Assembly: GCA_049322915.1 (NCBI GenBank)
Contig: JBMOPW010000014.1
Span: 701,527-765,526 of the forward strand
Reading direction: 5' to 3'
DNA length: 64,000 bases
Origin: Candidatus Zhuqueibacterota bacterium
GTDB taxonomy: Bacteria > Zhuqueibacterota > Zhuqueibacteria > Thermofontimicrobiales > Thermofontimicrobiaceae
In this document: in pieces, positions 51,949-61,742 of the stretch
How the letters are laid out: every line of letters starts with the position of its first letter
Numbering within the stretch: position 1 is the stretch's first letter
Made by a program: the position numbers and the translations under genes
The notes under the pieces: model-generated
Told to the model about the DNA's origin: nothing
Seen by the model: the letters and a program-made list of their open reading frames with translations, nothing else
Databases searched by the model: none

Positions 51949-53100
51949 ATGAAATGTCTCGTCACGGGTGGCGCCGGGTTCATCGGCTCTCATACAGTTG
52001 ATGCACTGCTGGAGAGAGGGTATGAAGTGCGGATATTGGATAATTTATCCAAACCGGTTCATTTGATGGGTAAGCCGGATTACATCCCTCAAAAGGCTGA
52101 GTTCATTCTGGGCGATGTTCGCAATAGGGATGACTGGGAAAAAGCGCTGGATGGGGTGGATGTCGTGATTCATCTGGCAGCTTATCAGGATTATATGCCT
52201 GACTTCAGCAAATTTTTTCACGTGAACAGCGTTGGCACGGCGTTGCTTTATGAAATTATTATTGAAAAGAAGTTGCCCATCCAAAAAGTCGTTGTGGCAT
52301 CGTCTCAGGCGGTCTATGGAGAGGGCAAATACCGCTGTCCCCAGTGCAATCGGATCAAGTTTCCAGACCTGCGGGAGGTAGAGCACTTGGAGGCTGGCCA
52401 GTGGAATCATTATTGCCAGGATTGCGGGACATTGCTTCAGGCCATGTGGACTAATGAAAATCGGGTGAATCCCCAGAATCAGTACGCGCTTTCCAAGTAT
52501 TCACAGGAGCAGGTGAGCATTAATTTGGGCAAGCGGTACCAGGTGCCGACAACATGTCTCCGCTATTCCATTGTCCAGGGACCGCGACAGTCCATTTACA
52601 ACGCATATTCCGGCGCCTGTCGCATTTTTTGCCTCAGCACATTTTTCGATCAGCCAATACCTGTGTATGAAGATGGGAAGCAGCAACGTGATTTTGTAAA
52701 TATACAGGATGTTGTCAATGCAAATCTGGCTGTCCTGGATTCGAGCGCCTCGGATTATCAGGTGTACAATGTCGGTGGTGGAAAGACCTACTCGGTGATG
52801 GAGTTTGCCACGATTGTGACGAAGGTATTCAACAAAAATATCCCGCCGTTGATCACTGAAAATTATCGATTTGGTGACACGCGCCACATTTTTTCCGACA
52901 TCTCCAAGTTAAAATTCCTGGGTTGGAAACCGTTGCATGCGGTTGAAGAGAGCATTGCATCGTACGTGGAGTGGTTGAAGAAGATGGACCGCGTGGAAAA
53001 TATTCTGGAAAAAGCCGCTTCAAAGATGAAATCCATGAATGTGGTGCGAGCCAGGAAAATGGCCAGAGGGGAAGTTCAGGCAGCGACCACGTTTGCGTGA
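51949..53100 (+). CDS. NAD-dependent sugar epimerase/dehydratase with a Cys-rich insertion
   Basis: MKCLVTGGAGFIG, CPQC...CQDC, YALSK; ATG 51949. Confidence 0.88.
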   Translation: MKCLVTGGAGFIGSHTVDALLERGYEVRILDNLSKPVHLMGKPDYIPQKAEFILGDVRNRDDWEKALDGVDVVIHLAAYQDYMPDFSKFFHVNSVGTALLYEIIIEKKLPIQKVVVASSQAVYGEGKYRCPQCNRIKFPDLREVEHLEAGQWNHYCQDCGTLLQAMWTNENRVNPQNQYALSKYSQEQVSINLGKRYQVPTTCLRYSIVQGPRQSIYNAYSGACRIFCLSTFFDQPIPVYEDGKQQRDFVNIQDVVNANLAVLDSSASDYQVYNVGGGKTYSVMEFATIVTKVFNKNIPPLITENYRFGDTRHIFSDISKLKFLGWKPLHAVEESIASYVEWLKKMDRVENILEKAASKMKSMNVVRARKMARGEVQAATTFA

Positions 53101-53150
53101 TAGAGACAGTGCACGGATTATTCGAAACCAGGCAGAGGAAAGAGTTGGTT

Positions 53151-53849
53151 ATGAAGGCATTTTTATTAGCGGCAGGACTCGGAACGAGACTGCGCCCGAT
53201 CACTGAGAACATTCCCAAATGCCTCGCGCCCATTGACGGGAAACCGCTGCTCTATTATTGGCTCCGTTCTTTCGAAAAATACGGAATAGATGAAGTGCTC
53301 ATTAACCTGCATCATTTTCCACAGCCGATATTAAATTTTCTTAATGAGGTTGACTTTGGGCTGAAAATTGTTACGGTTATGGAGAAAGAGCTTTTAGGTA
53401 GCGCTGGCACAATTCGGAATAATCGGGATTTCATCAATTCGGATGAACCATTCCTGATTTGCTATTCCGATAATTTGACGAATGTGAATCTATCGGAGAT
53501 GGTTGAGTTCCATCGATCCCATCCCCATATTTTCACATTAGGATTGTTTCATACGTCAAATCCGACGGAATGCGGTATCGCCGAACTTGATGATCAGAAT
53601 GTGGTTATCGATTTTGTCGAGAAACCGAAAAATCCGAAGAGCACATTAGCCGGCGCCGGCGTGTACGTCGCGGATCCCGCGCTGTTCGATTACCTGCCAG
53701 AAACAACGCCTGCTGATCTCGGTTACCATGTTCTTCCCAAATTGGTTGGAAAGATGAGTGGATTTTTCATCAGGGAGTATTTCAGAGATATTGGGACGAT
53801 TGAATCCTATAACCGCGCGTGCGAGGAAGTCGCCGCCATCAGATTTTAA
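53151..53849 (+). CDS. hddC: Sugar-1-phosphate nucleotidyltransferase, HddC-like
   Basis: MKAFLLAAGLGTRLRP...PK, LGSAG, FVEKP, DIGT; adjacent to hddA and gmhA. Confidence 0.75.
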   Translation: MKAFLLAAGLGTRLRPITENIPKCLAPIDGKPLLYYWLRSFEKYGIDEVLINLHHFPQPILNFLNEVDFGLKIVTVMEKELLGSAGTIRNNRDFINSDEPFLICYSDNLTNVNLSEMVEFHRSHPHIFTLGLFHTSNPTECGIAELDDQNVVIDFVEKPKNPKSTLAGAGVYVADPALFDYLPETTPADLGYHVLPKLVGKMSGFFIREYFRDIGTIESYNRACEEVAAIRF

Positions 53850-53895
53850 TAGACGACGTAGCTGTAATATTGTCTGAACGAAAACGCCTGGTATA

Positions 53896-53946
53896 GACCT
53901 CAACCCGACCTTCTCCTTCCGGGAAAAGGCGTTTGGGGATGAGGTC
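53896..53946. repeat. Intergenic palindrome (REP-like)
   Basis: gacctcaaccc...ggggatgaggtc. Confidence 0.55.
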
Positions 53947-54104
53947 AATTTATGTGAACCAGGAAAATCCCGTTATTGTTTCGTTTGAAATTAGTTCTTG
54001 TTCAGACACGATACGATGAAAAAGGACGTTGAAATTGAAGACGAGTTATTACTGTAACAATTGAATCGCATGGAAACGAGGATGAAGATGAAGGAGCACG
54101 GTGC

Positions 54105-55097
54105 ATGATGATTATTTCGCAGACTCCATTGCGGGTCAGTCTTGCCGGGGGGGGCACTGATTTAGCGTCGTTTTATCAACAGGAAGAAGGCTGTGTTCTG
54201 AGTTCAGCCATTGATAAATTTATTTTTGTCATCATCAAAGAACGGTTCGATGAAAAAATTTATATCAACTATTCGAAGAAGGAGATTGTCGATACAGTCG
54301 ATGAGATTGAACATGGTTTGGTTCGCGAGGCGATGAAAAAAACCGGCGTATCGCACGGTGTAGAAATTACGACATTGGCCGATATACCATCCAGCGGTTC
54401 CGGTCTGGGTTCTTCCAGCAGCGTGACTGTGGGCTTGTTGAATGCGTTGTATGCGTATCAGGGTGAACTGGTTACCGCTGAGAGATTGGCGCGGGAGGCC
54501 TGTGAAATTGAAATAGATATTTTGAAAAAACCCATCGGCAAGCAGGATCAATATATTGCCGCGTATGGTGGGATTCGCTTTATCAAATTTTGCAAAAATG
54601 AGGAGGTGATCGTAGAGAAAATAGCATTGCAAAACAGCCATAAACGAAAATTTGGGTCGAATTTGTTACTGTTTTTCACCGGGAAAACCCGTAGTTCAGA
54701 CGTTATTCTGTCCGAGCAAAAAAGTAATACCAATAATAAAATGAGTGTGCTAAAACAGTTGAAGTCCCAGGCAAAAGAAATTAAGGATGCTCTGGAGGCG
54801 AATGCATTCGACCAGGTGGGAAATATTCTGGCGGCCGGTTGGGATTACAAGAAGCAACTCGCCAGCAAAATTTCCAACGGATTTATTGATGAGATGTATC
54901 AAAAAGCCATTAAGGCTGGTGCCATGGGGGGCAAAATTTCAGGCGCTGGAGGTGGCGGATTCCTGCTGCTTTACTGTCAGCGGGAGAACCAAAATCGTGT
55001 CAGGGAAGCGCTGAATGGATTTCGTGAATTTCCATTTTTCCTGGAGAAGGATGGGACAAAAATAATATTTAACATGGGGAGATATGAATGGAAATGA
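54105..55097 (+). CDS. hddA: GHMP kinase, D-glycero-alpha-D-manno-heptose-7-phosphate kinase-like
   Basis: [38 protein letters not shown]. Confidence 0.9.
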   Translation: MMIISQTPLRVSLAGGGTDLASFYQQEEGCVLSSAIDKFIFVIIKERFDEKIYINYSKKEIVDTVDEIEHGLVREAMKKTGVSHGVEITTLADIPSSGSGLGSSSSVTVGLLNALYAYQGELVTAERLAREACEIEIDILKKPIGKQDQYIAAYGGIRFIKFCKNEEVIVEKIALQNSHKRKFGSNLLLFFTGKTRSSDVILSEQKSNTNNKMSVLKQLKSQAKEIKDALEANAFDQVGNILAAGWDYKKQLASKISNGFIDEMYQKAIKAGAMGGKISGAGGGGFLLLYCQRENQNRVREALNGFREFPFFLEKDGTKIIFNMGRYEWK

Positions 55098-55738
55098 TAA
55101 GTGAGTACTTCAACCGAGTGCATGCAGCATGCAATTCCGTTCGGGTGGAAGAGCACCAAAAATTTATCCAGATTCTGGAATATGCCTACCATAACAAGAA
55201 ACACATTTTCATTTTTGGGAATGGCGGAAGCGCCGCAACCGCGTCGCATTTCTGTGAGGATTTAGGCAAGGGAACTTTAAACGGCAAGAAGGATATCAAA
55301 CGATTCAAAGTGATCAGTCTGACGGATAACGTGCCTTATGTCATGGCCTGGGCCAATGACGAGGGATATGACACTATTTTCGAACAGCAGTTGCGCAATC
55401 TTGGCGAGCCGGGCGATGTGGTGGTCGCCATTAGCGGCTCCGGAAATAGTCCCAATGTGATAAAGGCTGTCGACTATGCCAATCGCAATAAAATGATCAC
55501 CATCGGGCTCACCGGCTTCGATGGCGGAAAATTGAAACGAATCGCCCGGCATTCAGTTCATATTCCCATCAATGATATGGGAGTGACCGAATGTGTGCAT
55601 TCGATCCTGGGGCATTATATCACCGATTACCTCAAAGCGACTATCAATCAGGAATATAAATACATCGATAAAGTTGTCACTGTATTCGATGACGAAGTGG
55701 TGGAACATCGGATGGTTGAAAAGATGAGTCTCAAATAA
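55088..55738 (+). CDS. gmhA: Phosphoheptose isomerase (SIS domain)
   Basis: [31 protein letters not shown]. Confidence 0.9.
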   Translation: MEMISEYFNRVHAACNSVRVEEHQKFIQILEYAYHNKKHIFIFGNGGSAATASHFCEDLGKGTLNGKKDIKRFKVISLTDNVPYVMAWANDEGYDTIFEQQLRNLGEPGDVVVAISGSGNSPNVIKAVDYANRNKMITIGLTGFDGGKLKRIARHSVHIPINDMGVTECVHSILGHYITDYLKATINQEYKYIDKVVTVFDDEVVEHRMVEKMSLK

Positions 55739-55760
55739 CCTGAAAATTTGGAAAGACGGT

Positions 55761-55805
55761 AAAAAAAATCCAGCGATCATTTTTTGATTGGCTGGATTTT
55801 TTTTT
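55761..55805. terminator. Bidirectional intrinsic terminator ending the glycan locus
   Basis: aaaaaaaatccagc...gctggattttttttt between convergent genes. Confidence 0.85.
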
Positions 55806-55867
55806 GGTACAGACTCGAAAGAAGAAAGCAGTATCGTCAGAAAGCCGACAGGCGAGCCGCGGCCGGG

Positions 55868-56491
55868 CTAAAAATTAACATTGAATCCGGCGCTGATTCT
55901 GGGGCCGCTGTACAGATCTGTAAACGCAATGGTCTTGTTGAATTTGACATACAGGTAGCGGAAATCAATTGTCACAAAGAGCTTTTTGTAAACGTTTAAA
56001 TCGAAACCTGTCCCCACATTGAATCCCAATCCCATTTCTGACCGGGAGTCGAACTCAAGCAGCGCATCCTCCGGCGCACTTTCGCTGCCCAAAAACCAAC
56101 CGATCCCATAGCTGACATACGGCATTAAACGAACGTCGCTGAGCAATGCGTATTTCAGATCCAACAGAAAAGTCATGATCTCGAGTTTTCTTTCGTCCGT
56201 GAAAGATTTTGTGCCAATGTATTTCCAGTAACCAATATTGGCGCGCAGGGCTAAATCAATGCTCAGCGGTTTGGCGAGGATAAAACCCACGTACGGATGA
56301 TTTCGAACATTGCTGATCGGGGTGAGGGTCACGTCGCTGTTCAAATTGTTGGGACTCCAGTTCCCGATTTCAAACCCGAGGCCCAGGTGAGCCGCCCGTT
56401 GGGATGATTGCGCGCGCAGGCAATTTGCCGGCGCGAGGAACATCACCACTGCGAATGCTGAGATTGTTAATTTAAAAATCCGGTTCGTCAT
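55868..56491 (-). CDS. Outer-membrane beta-barrel protein (OmpA/OmpW-like)
   Basis: Signal peptide from MTNRIFK; PYVSYGIG, GFNVGTG; C-terminal Phe. Confidence 0.8.
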   Translation of the reverse strand: MTNRIFKLTISAFAVVMFLAPANCLRAQSSQRAAHLGLGFEIGNWSPNNLNSDVTLTPISNVRNHPYVGFILAKPLSIDLALRANIGYWKYIGTKSFTDERKLEIMTFLLDLKYALLSDVRLMPYVSYGIGWFLGSESAPEDALLEFDSRSEMGLGFNVGTGFDLNVYKKLFVTIDFRYLYVKFNKTIAFTDLYSGPRISAGFNVNF

Positions 56492-56528
56492 GTGCAGATA
56501 GTCATTGATTAATTTCACATCGATTTCG

Positions 56529-56858
56529 TTACATTGTCTCGGATGTTGAATTGAGATTGTTGGGCTGTTTGAAGCCGAACGACCTGGATTTCGGATCATG
56601 GATGGTTTTGATTTCACCAAATTGGGCTTCGTATTTCTTGATATTCTCTTCCAGCGCCTTTAACAGGGACTTGGCATGTTGGGGCGTCATGACAATTCTG
56701 GCGTAAACTTTTGTCTTGGGCACTCCGGGCAACATCCGTGTGAAGTCAATGACGAATTCAGCCGGGGAGTGCGTTATCAGCGCCAGATTGGAGTAGATTC
56801 CTTCGGCCTCTTTCTCGCCCAACTCGATATTGATTTGCTGCTGTTGAGGTTGACTCAT
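56529..56858 (-). CDS. DUF3467-like protein
   Basis: AEGIYSNLALITHSPAEFVIDF...RIVMTPQHAK. Confidence 0.85.
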   Translation of the reverse strand: MSQPQQQQINIELGEKEAEGIYSNLALITHSPAEFVIDFTRMLPGVPKTKVYARIVMTPQHAKSLLKALEENIKKYEAQFGEIKTIHDPKSRSFGFKQPNNLNSTSETM

Positions 56859-57108
56859 CGCTCGCCTCCTTCATCCTTCATTAAAAATACCTATTAAGCC
56901 GTGTTCTTGTTGATCTTCTTTGAAACGGCACTGCGTTCGTGTTCGCTCCCGAAAACGTCGTTCAATTATAACAATTATTTTCTTTAGAGTCAATTAAAAT
57001 AATGATCGATATGAGATTCAAAGCAACTATATTTTTTGCCGTCTGGCCTGTCTGCTTCGTTTCAGGAAAATTTCAGGGAGAGGACATCGGATAAAAAATA
57101 ATTCCAGG

Positions 57109-57137
57109 TTGATTTTCAATAAAAATTATCTTACATT
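57109..57137 (+). promoter_or_regulatory. Putative polA promoter
   Basis: ttgatt-N17-tacatt. Confidence 0.4.
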
Positions 57138-57166
57138 CACTCAGTACAAAATTAAAGGGTGAACAG

Positions 57167-59893
57167 ATGAATGAAGCCAGGCGTCATCGGTTGTTTTTAG
57201 TAGATGGCAGCGCGATTGTGTACAGCGCCTTTTATGCGTTGAAAAATAGCATGCCCGTCAATTCCAGAGGCGAGAACACAGGCGCTTCCTTTGGATTTAT
57301 CAGAACGCTGCTCAAGCTGTCGGACGTGGAAAAGCCGGATTATCTGGCGGTCATTTTTGATACGCCGCAGCCTACTTTCCGCCATGAACTATATCCTGAA
57401 TACAAAGCCACCCGTCAGAAAATGGAGGACAGCCTGGTGGATCAATTGCCCCGAATCAAACAGGTGGTCAATGCGCTGAACATCGTTTCGGTGGAAGTCC
57501 CCGGTCTGGAGGCCGATGACGTGATGGGCGTTCTGGCGAAAATGGCCGAGGCCGAGAACATGGAGACGTTTCTGGTTTCGGCTGATAAGGATTTCAGGCA
57601 GTTGGTTTCGCCGCTCATTAAAATTTATAATCCGAAAAAAGGCTTGGATTCGATTGAAATTTTGGATGAAGCGGGCGTCGCCAATAAAATGGGAGTGCCG
57701 CCGGCCAGGGTGATTGATTATCTGGCGCTGGTCGGGGATTCGTCGGACAACGTGCCGGGCGTGGCCGGCGTTGGACCCAAAACAGCAGTAGATTTACTGA
57801 AACAATTTGAAGGCATTGAAGACCTGTACCAACGCCTGGATGAAGTTTCCTCGGAATCGGTTCGGGCGAAGTTAGCAAAAGACAGGGACGCTGCTTTTCT
57901 TTCCAAAAAGTTGGTCACCATTGACGTCAACGCGCCGATCCCTGTGAAATTAAGCGATCTGGCTGTGCGGCCACCTGACAATGAGGCCGTGTATCAACTA
58001 TTGAAGGAACTGGAATTCAACTCACTGCTGGATCGTTTCAAAAAATCAGCCAAATCGGAAGCGGTAAATTACAGGACGATTGGCAGCTTCGGGGAACTTG
58101 CGCAATTCGTGAACACACTTCGTGCATGCACGCAGGTGACGCTCGATCTGGAGACGACCGATGTGGATCCCATGCGGGCTGAAATCGTCGGTCTGTCATT
58201 TTCATGGGTAAAGGGAGATGCCTATTATATCCCGGTCACCTCGGCGGCGACGCCCGCCAGCGGCGATCTTTTCACCGAGAATAAATTCAAAGGTCTGTCC
58301 GCTGCAAAAGTCCTGGACCATTTACGGCCGATTCTCGAAAATCCGGAGATAAAAAAGAGTGGGCAGAATGCGAAGTACGATTTGCTGGTGCTGTCGCGCG
58401 CCGGCATCGAAGTGCAGGGATTGGATTTTGATACGATGATTGCCAGCTACGTCATCAATCCATCGCTGCGGCAGCACAATCTGGATGCGCTGTCCCTCTT
58501 GTATTTCAATTATACAAAGGTGCCCACCAGTGACCTGATCGGCGTGGGGAAGAAGCAAACAACCATGGCCGATGTTCCGATTGAGAAGGTGAGTTTTTAT
58601 GCCTGTGAAGATGCGGATTTCACGCAGCGACTTCGGACGGTGCTGGAGCCGAAGCTGGTGGAATCGGAGCTGAAGCCGCTTTTCGATGAGGTGGAGCTGC
58701 CGCTGCTGACGGTGTTGATGGAGATTGAGCGCAATGGCGTTTCTCTCGATGTTGGCCTGCTGAATGAAATGTCCCGGGAACTTGAAACGCGCCTGGAGGG
58801 ATTGACCCGGGCCATTTATGCCAGCGCCGGCCAGCAGTTCAATATCAATTCGACAAAGCAATTGACTGAAATAATGTTCAACCGGTTGGGCTTGCCGATT
58901 ATAAAACGAACGAAGACAGGCCCTTCCACTGATGTTTCCGTGCTGGAAGTGCTGGCCAAAGAGCATCAATTGCCGCGCGATTTACTGGAATACCGGCAAT
59001 ACTCCAAATTGAAATCGACCTATATCGATGCGCTGCCCAGGTTGATCAATCCATTCACTGGCCGGGTTCATACGTCCTACAATCAGACAGTCGCCGCGAC
59101 CGGCCGACTTTCCTCCAGCGATCCCAATTTGCAGAACATCCCCATCCGGACTGAACTTGGCCGCAAGATCCGGAAGGCGTTCATCCCGGTCGACGCCAAT
59201 CATGTATTGCTGGACGCCGATTACTCGCAGATCGAGTTGAGAATCATGGCGCATCTTTCCGAGGACTCCACGCTGCTCCAGGCGTTTCATGACGAGAAGG
59301 ACATCCACCGCGAAACGGCTGCGCTGGTTTTCGGCGTGCCCCTGGAGGAAGTGACCGATGAAATGCGCCGGCGCGCCAAAGAGGTGAATTTCGGCATCAT
59401 CTATGGCATGGGCGCTTTTGGTCTGGCCAACCGGCTTGAAATTTCCCGGGAGGAAGCCGAAGCGTTCATTCAAAACTATTTTGCCAATTATCCCGGGATC
59501 AAAGAATACATGGAGCTGTCCAAAGAAAAGGCGCGGGAAAAAGGCTATGTCACCACACTGCTCAATCGGCGCCGCTATCTGCCTGAAATTTATAGCGACA
59601 ACCGGACGGTTCGTGAGTTTGCCGAGCGCAACGCCATCAATACGCCCATTCAGGGGACGGCGGCAGATCTCATAAAAGTCGCCATGATCCGTATTCATGA
59701 TCGGATGCGGCGCGAGAAGCTTCAGTCAAAAATGATCATTCAGGTTCACGACGAGCTTGTGTTCGAAGTCCCCACGGATGAAATCGATGCCATGAGAACG
59801 CTGGTCGTGACGGAAATGGAAAATGCCATCCAGCTCAAAGCGCCCATCAAGGCGGAGACCGGCATTGGCGCGAACTGGCTGGAAGCGCATTAA
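57167..59893 (+). CDS. polA: DNA polymerase I
   Basis: 5'-3' exonuclease (LVDG, EADD, GDSSDNVPGV), 3'-5' exonuclease (DLET), polymerase motifs DYSQIELR, AKEVNFGIIYG, QVHDEL. Confidence 0.99.
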   Translation: MNEARRHRLFLVDGSAIVYSAFYALKNSMPVNSRGENTGASFGFIRTLLKLSDVEKPDYLAVIFDTPQPTFRHELYPEYKATRQKMEDSLVDQLPRIKQVVNALNIVSVEVPGLEADDVMGVLAKMAEAENMETFLVSADKDFRQLVSPLIKIYNPKKGLDSIEILDEAGVANKMGVPPARVIDYLALVGDSSDNVPGVAGVGPKTAVDLLKQFEGIEDLYQRLDEVSSESVRAKLAKDRDAAFLSKKLVTIDVNAPIPVKLSDLAVRPPDNEAVYQLLKELEFNSLLDRFKKSAKSEAVNYRTIGSFGELAQFVNTLRACTQVTLDLETTDVDPMRAEIVGLSFSWVKGDAYYIPVTSAATPASGDLFTENKFKGLSAAKVLDHLRPILENPEIKKSGQNAKYDLLVLSRAGIEVQGLDFDTMIASYVINPSLRQHNLDALSLLYFNYTKVPTSDLIGVGKKQTTMADVPIEKVSFYACEDADFTQRLRTVLEPKLVESELKPLFDEVELPLLTVLMEIERNGVSLDVGLLNEMSRELETRLEGLTRAIYASAGQQFNINSTKQLTEIMFNRLGLPIIKRTKTGPSTDVSVLEVLAKEHQLPRDLLEYRQYSKLKSTYIDALPRLINPFTGRVHTSYNQTVAATGRLSSSDPNLQNIPIRTELGRKIRKAFIPVDANHVLLDADYSQIELRIMAHLSEDSTLLQAFHDEKDIHRETAALVFGVPLEEVTDEMRRRAKEVNFGIIYGMGAFGLANRLEISREEAEAFIQNYFANYPGIKEYMELSKEKAREKGYVTTLLNRRRYLPEIYSDNRTVREFAERNAINTPIQGTAADLIKVAMIRIHDRMRREKLQSKMIIQVHDELVFEVPTDEIDAMRTLVVTEMENAIQLKAPIKAETGIGANWLEAH

Positions 59894-60021
59894 TGCACCC
59901 TGTCGATGATCGGGGATAACGTCGAACCGGCTGCGATTGAAATGCCTTCTGGCCGTGCGACGCCGGCTGATGAGCGCCCGACTTGTTGCGGCTGGGATGA
60001 TTTAATTTAACGGAATTTATC

Positions 60022-60050
60022 TTGCATTTCGGCGCGGGCTTTTATATATT
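60022..60050 (+). promoter_or_regulatory. Putative sigma70-type promoter
   Basis: ttgcat-N17-tatatt. Confidence 0.55.
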
Positions 60051-60055
60051 TCACT

Positions 60056-60183
60056 CAGTCAGACAGAGCGAATTTCAGCATCGCCATGAAGTTTCAGGTG
60101 GGGCGACTTCCTGGTATGGAATGCACAAAGGTATCGCGCTCCACCATGACGCTCATTTGACTGAACAGTAACTGAATGGCGGA
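60056..60183 (+). ncRNA. Candidate structured cis-regulatory RNA (three-way junction plus possible pseudoknot), family not recognised
   Basis: Stems 60056-63/60156-63, 60066-70/60150-54, 60071-77/60087-93, 60097-105/60137-45; starts at the predicted transcription start. Confidence 0.45.
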
Positions 60184-60205
60184 CCAAATTAAAAAGGGGT
60201 AGTTT

Positions 60206-60502
60206 ATGGCTGCTGAATACAGACGAAAAATTTCGGCCGAGGAAGTGAAAGACCGGTACATCATCATTCTCAAGGACAGTTTGGAACTGTTCCCGAAGAT
60301 TGGGAAGATGTTCAGGCTGAAGGTGAAGGACGCTGAACTGGAAACCCGCATTGAAACCATGGAACGATGGAGCCTGGGACCCAAAAAGCCGCAGATCATC
60401 TACAAAATTGATGCGGAAAAATTCTGGGCAATGTTCCCGCTTCATTTCGGGAAATCGGTGAGCATAAAAAAAGAGTCCGATGATCTCTATGTGCTGAGTT
60501 GA
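60206..60502 (+). CDS. Hypothetical protein (98 aa)
   Basis: RBS aagggg; closely followed by the rhomboid gene. Confidence 0.8.
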   Translation: MAAEYRRKISAEEVKDRYIIILKDSLELFPKIGKMFRLKVKDAELETRIETMERWSLGPKKPQIIYKIDAEKFWAMFPLHFGKSVSIKKESDDLYVLS

Positions 60503-60505
60503 CGC

Positions 60506-61222
60506 ATGTTCCCATTGAGAGATACCATCCCCTCAGCGACATTTCCATTTGTCACGCTGTCACTGATTGTCATGAATGGGCTCGTATTTTTGCTTGAGAT
60601 CGCGTTGGGGGAGCACATCTCGGCCTTCATCAATTTTTTCGGGATCATCCCGGCGAGATATTTCTTTCACCTCACCAACGGCATCAATGTCGTGGCGATG
60701 TATTTCCCGTTGTTATCATCCCAATTCCTGCATGGCAGTTGGTTTCATCTCATCGGGAATCTCTGGTTCCTCTGGATTTTCGGCGACAATGTGGAAGACC
60801 ATATCGGCCACACGCGATTCCTGATATTCTATCTGTTCTGCGGCGCGATGGCGGGATTGGCCCATATTTACACCAATCCCGGATCGAATGTCCCCACGGT
60901 GGGAGCCAGCGGCGCTATTGCCGGCGTGATGGGCGCGTACGTGTTTTTATTTCCCCGGGCGCGCGTGACGACATTCATCCCGATTTTCTTCCTGGTCGAA
61001 ATGCCGGCCTATCTGTTTCTGGGAATTTGGTTCTTGCTCCAGTCGTTCAGCGGCGTTTCTTCGCTTGCAGCGAATCAGGATTGCTGCGGGGTCGCATGGT
61101 GGGCTCATATCGGTGGATTCATTCTGGGCGCTTTGATTGCGCTGGTTCTTTTCCCGCGCAGGAAGAAGAAACGTTACTGGGTGACCCACAAGACCGAAGT
61201 CAGGGACTATTTTGACTACTGA
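60506..61222 (+). CDS. Rhomboid-family intramembrane serine protease
   Basis: FLHGSWFHLIGN, GASGA, AHIGG. Confidence 0.93.
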   Translation: MFPLRDTIPSATFPFVTLSLIVMNGLVFLLEIALGEHISAFINFFGIIPARYFFHLTNGINVVAMYFPLLSSQFLHGSWFHLIGNLWFLWIFGDNVEDHIGHTRFLIFYLFCGAMAGLAHIYTNPGSNVPTVGASGAIAGVMGAYVFLFPRARVTTFIPIFFLVEMPAYLFLGIWFLLQSFSGVSSLAANQDCCGVAWWAHIGGFILGALIALVLFPRRKKKRYWVTHKTEVRDYFDY

Positions 61223-61454
61223 TCGGCCGGTCGTCCCGGCGTCAGATCGAATGGCGAATTGGTTCCGGCTCACTAATCGTCAAATCGCCAGGTCAACCGG
61301 GACATTGAAGATCCGCGATTTCAAACACACGAAACACAACCCGCTGCTGGTTCGTCCCAATGCGAAATATCCAACTGCCGCGATCCGTGAGTTCGCCCTC
61401 AAGATTTAAGCCCGATAGAAGTTCCGACTGAAAATACAACCGTTGGTTTCTACC

Positions 61455-61685
61455 AGGATTGCTTTCGTGGCAACAATACATGCCTGGATAGCGACGAAAA
61501 TTATTATTAACCCGGAACCAGAAACCTTGAACCCGGAACCTGAGTTACCACATTTAATACCCAAATCGCGCTGGATTTGTATCCAACGCCCGGGACATCC
61601 GGGATAAATATCCCGAACGATCAGTTGACATCTTCTTGCAACTTCGTGACTTGGCGTCTTTGTGGCAAGAATACATGCCTGAAAA
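61455..61685. repeat. Intergenic repeat patch (short direct repeats and a 7-mer tract)
   Basis: gtggcaaSaatacatgcctg occurs twice; aacccggaaccagaaaccttgaacccggaacc. Confidence 0.6.
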
Positions 61686-61742
61686 GTTACAAATTTGGAA
61701 ATATAAGATAATTGATAAAAATGAACTATCCTCTGATCGCCC

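Noticed and set aside
57197..59698. Long antisense and alternative-frame ORFs over polA (likewise over wzi, wbpB and 62-64 kb)
   Set aside because: Shadow ORFs typical of GC-richer coding DNA
60056..60183. tRNA, 6S or SRP RNA
   Set aside because: No T-loop/CCA cloverleaf, no SRP GGAA domain, and too short and asymmetric for 6S
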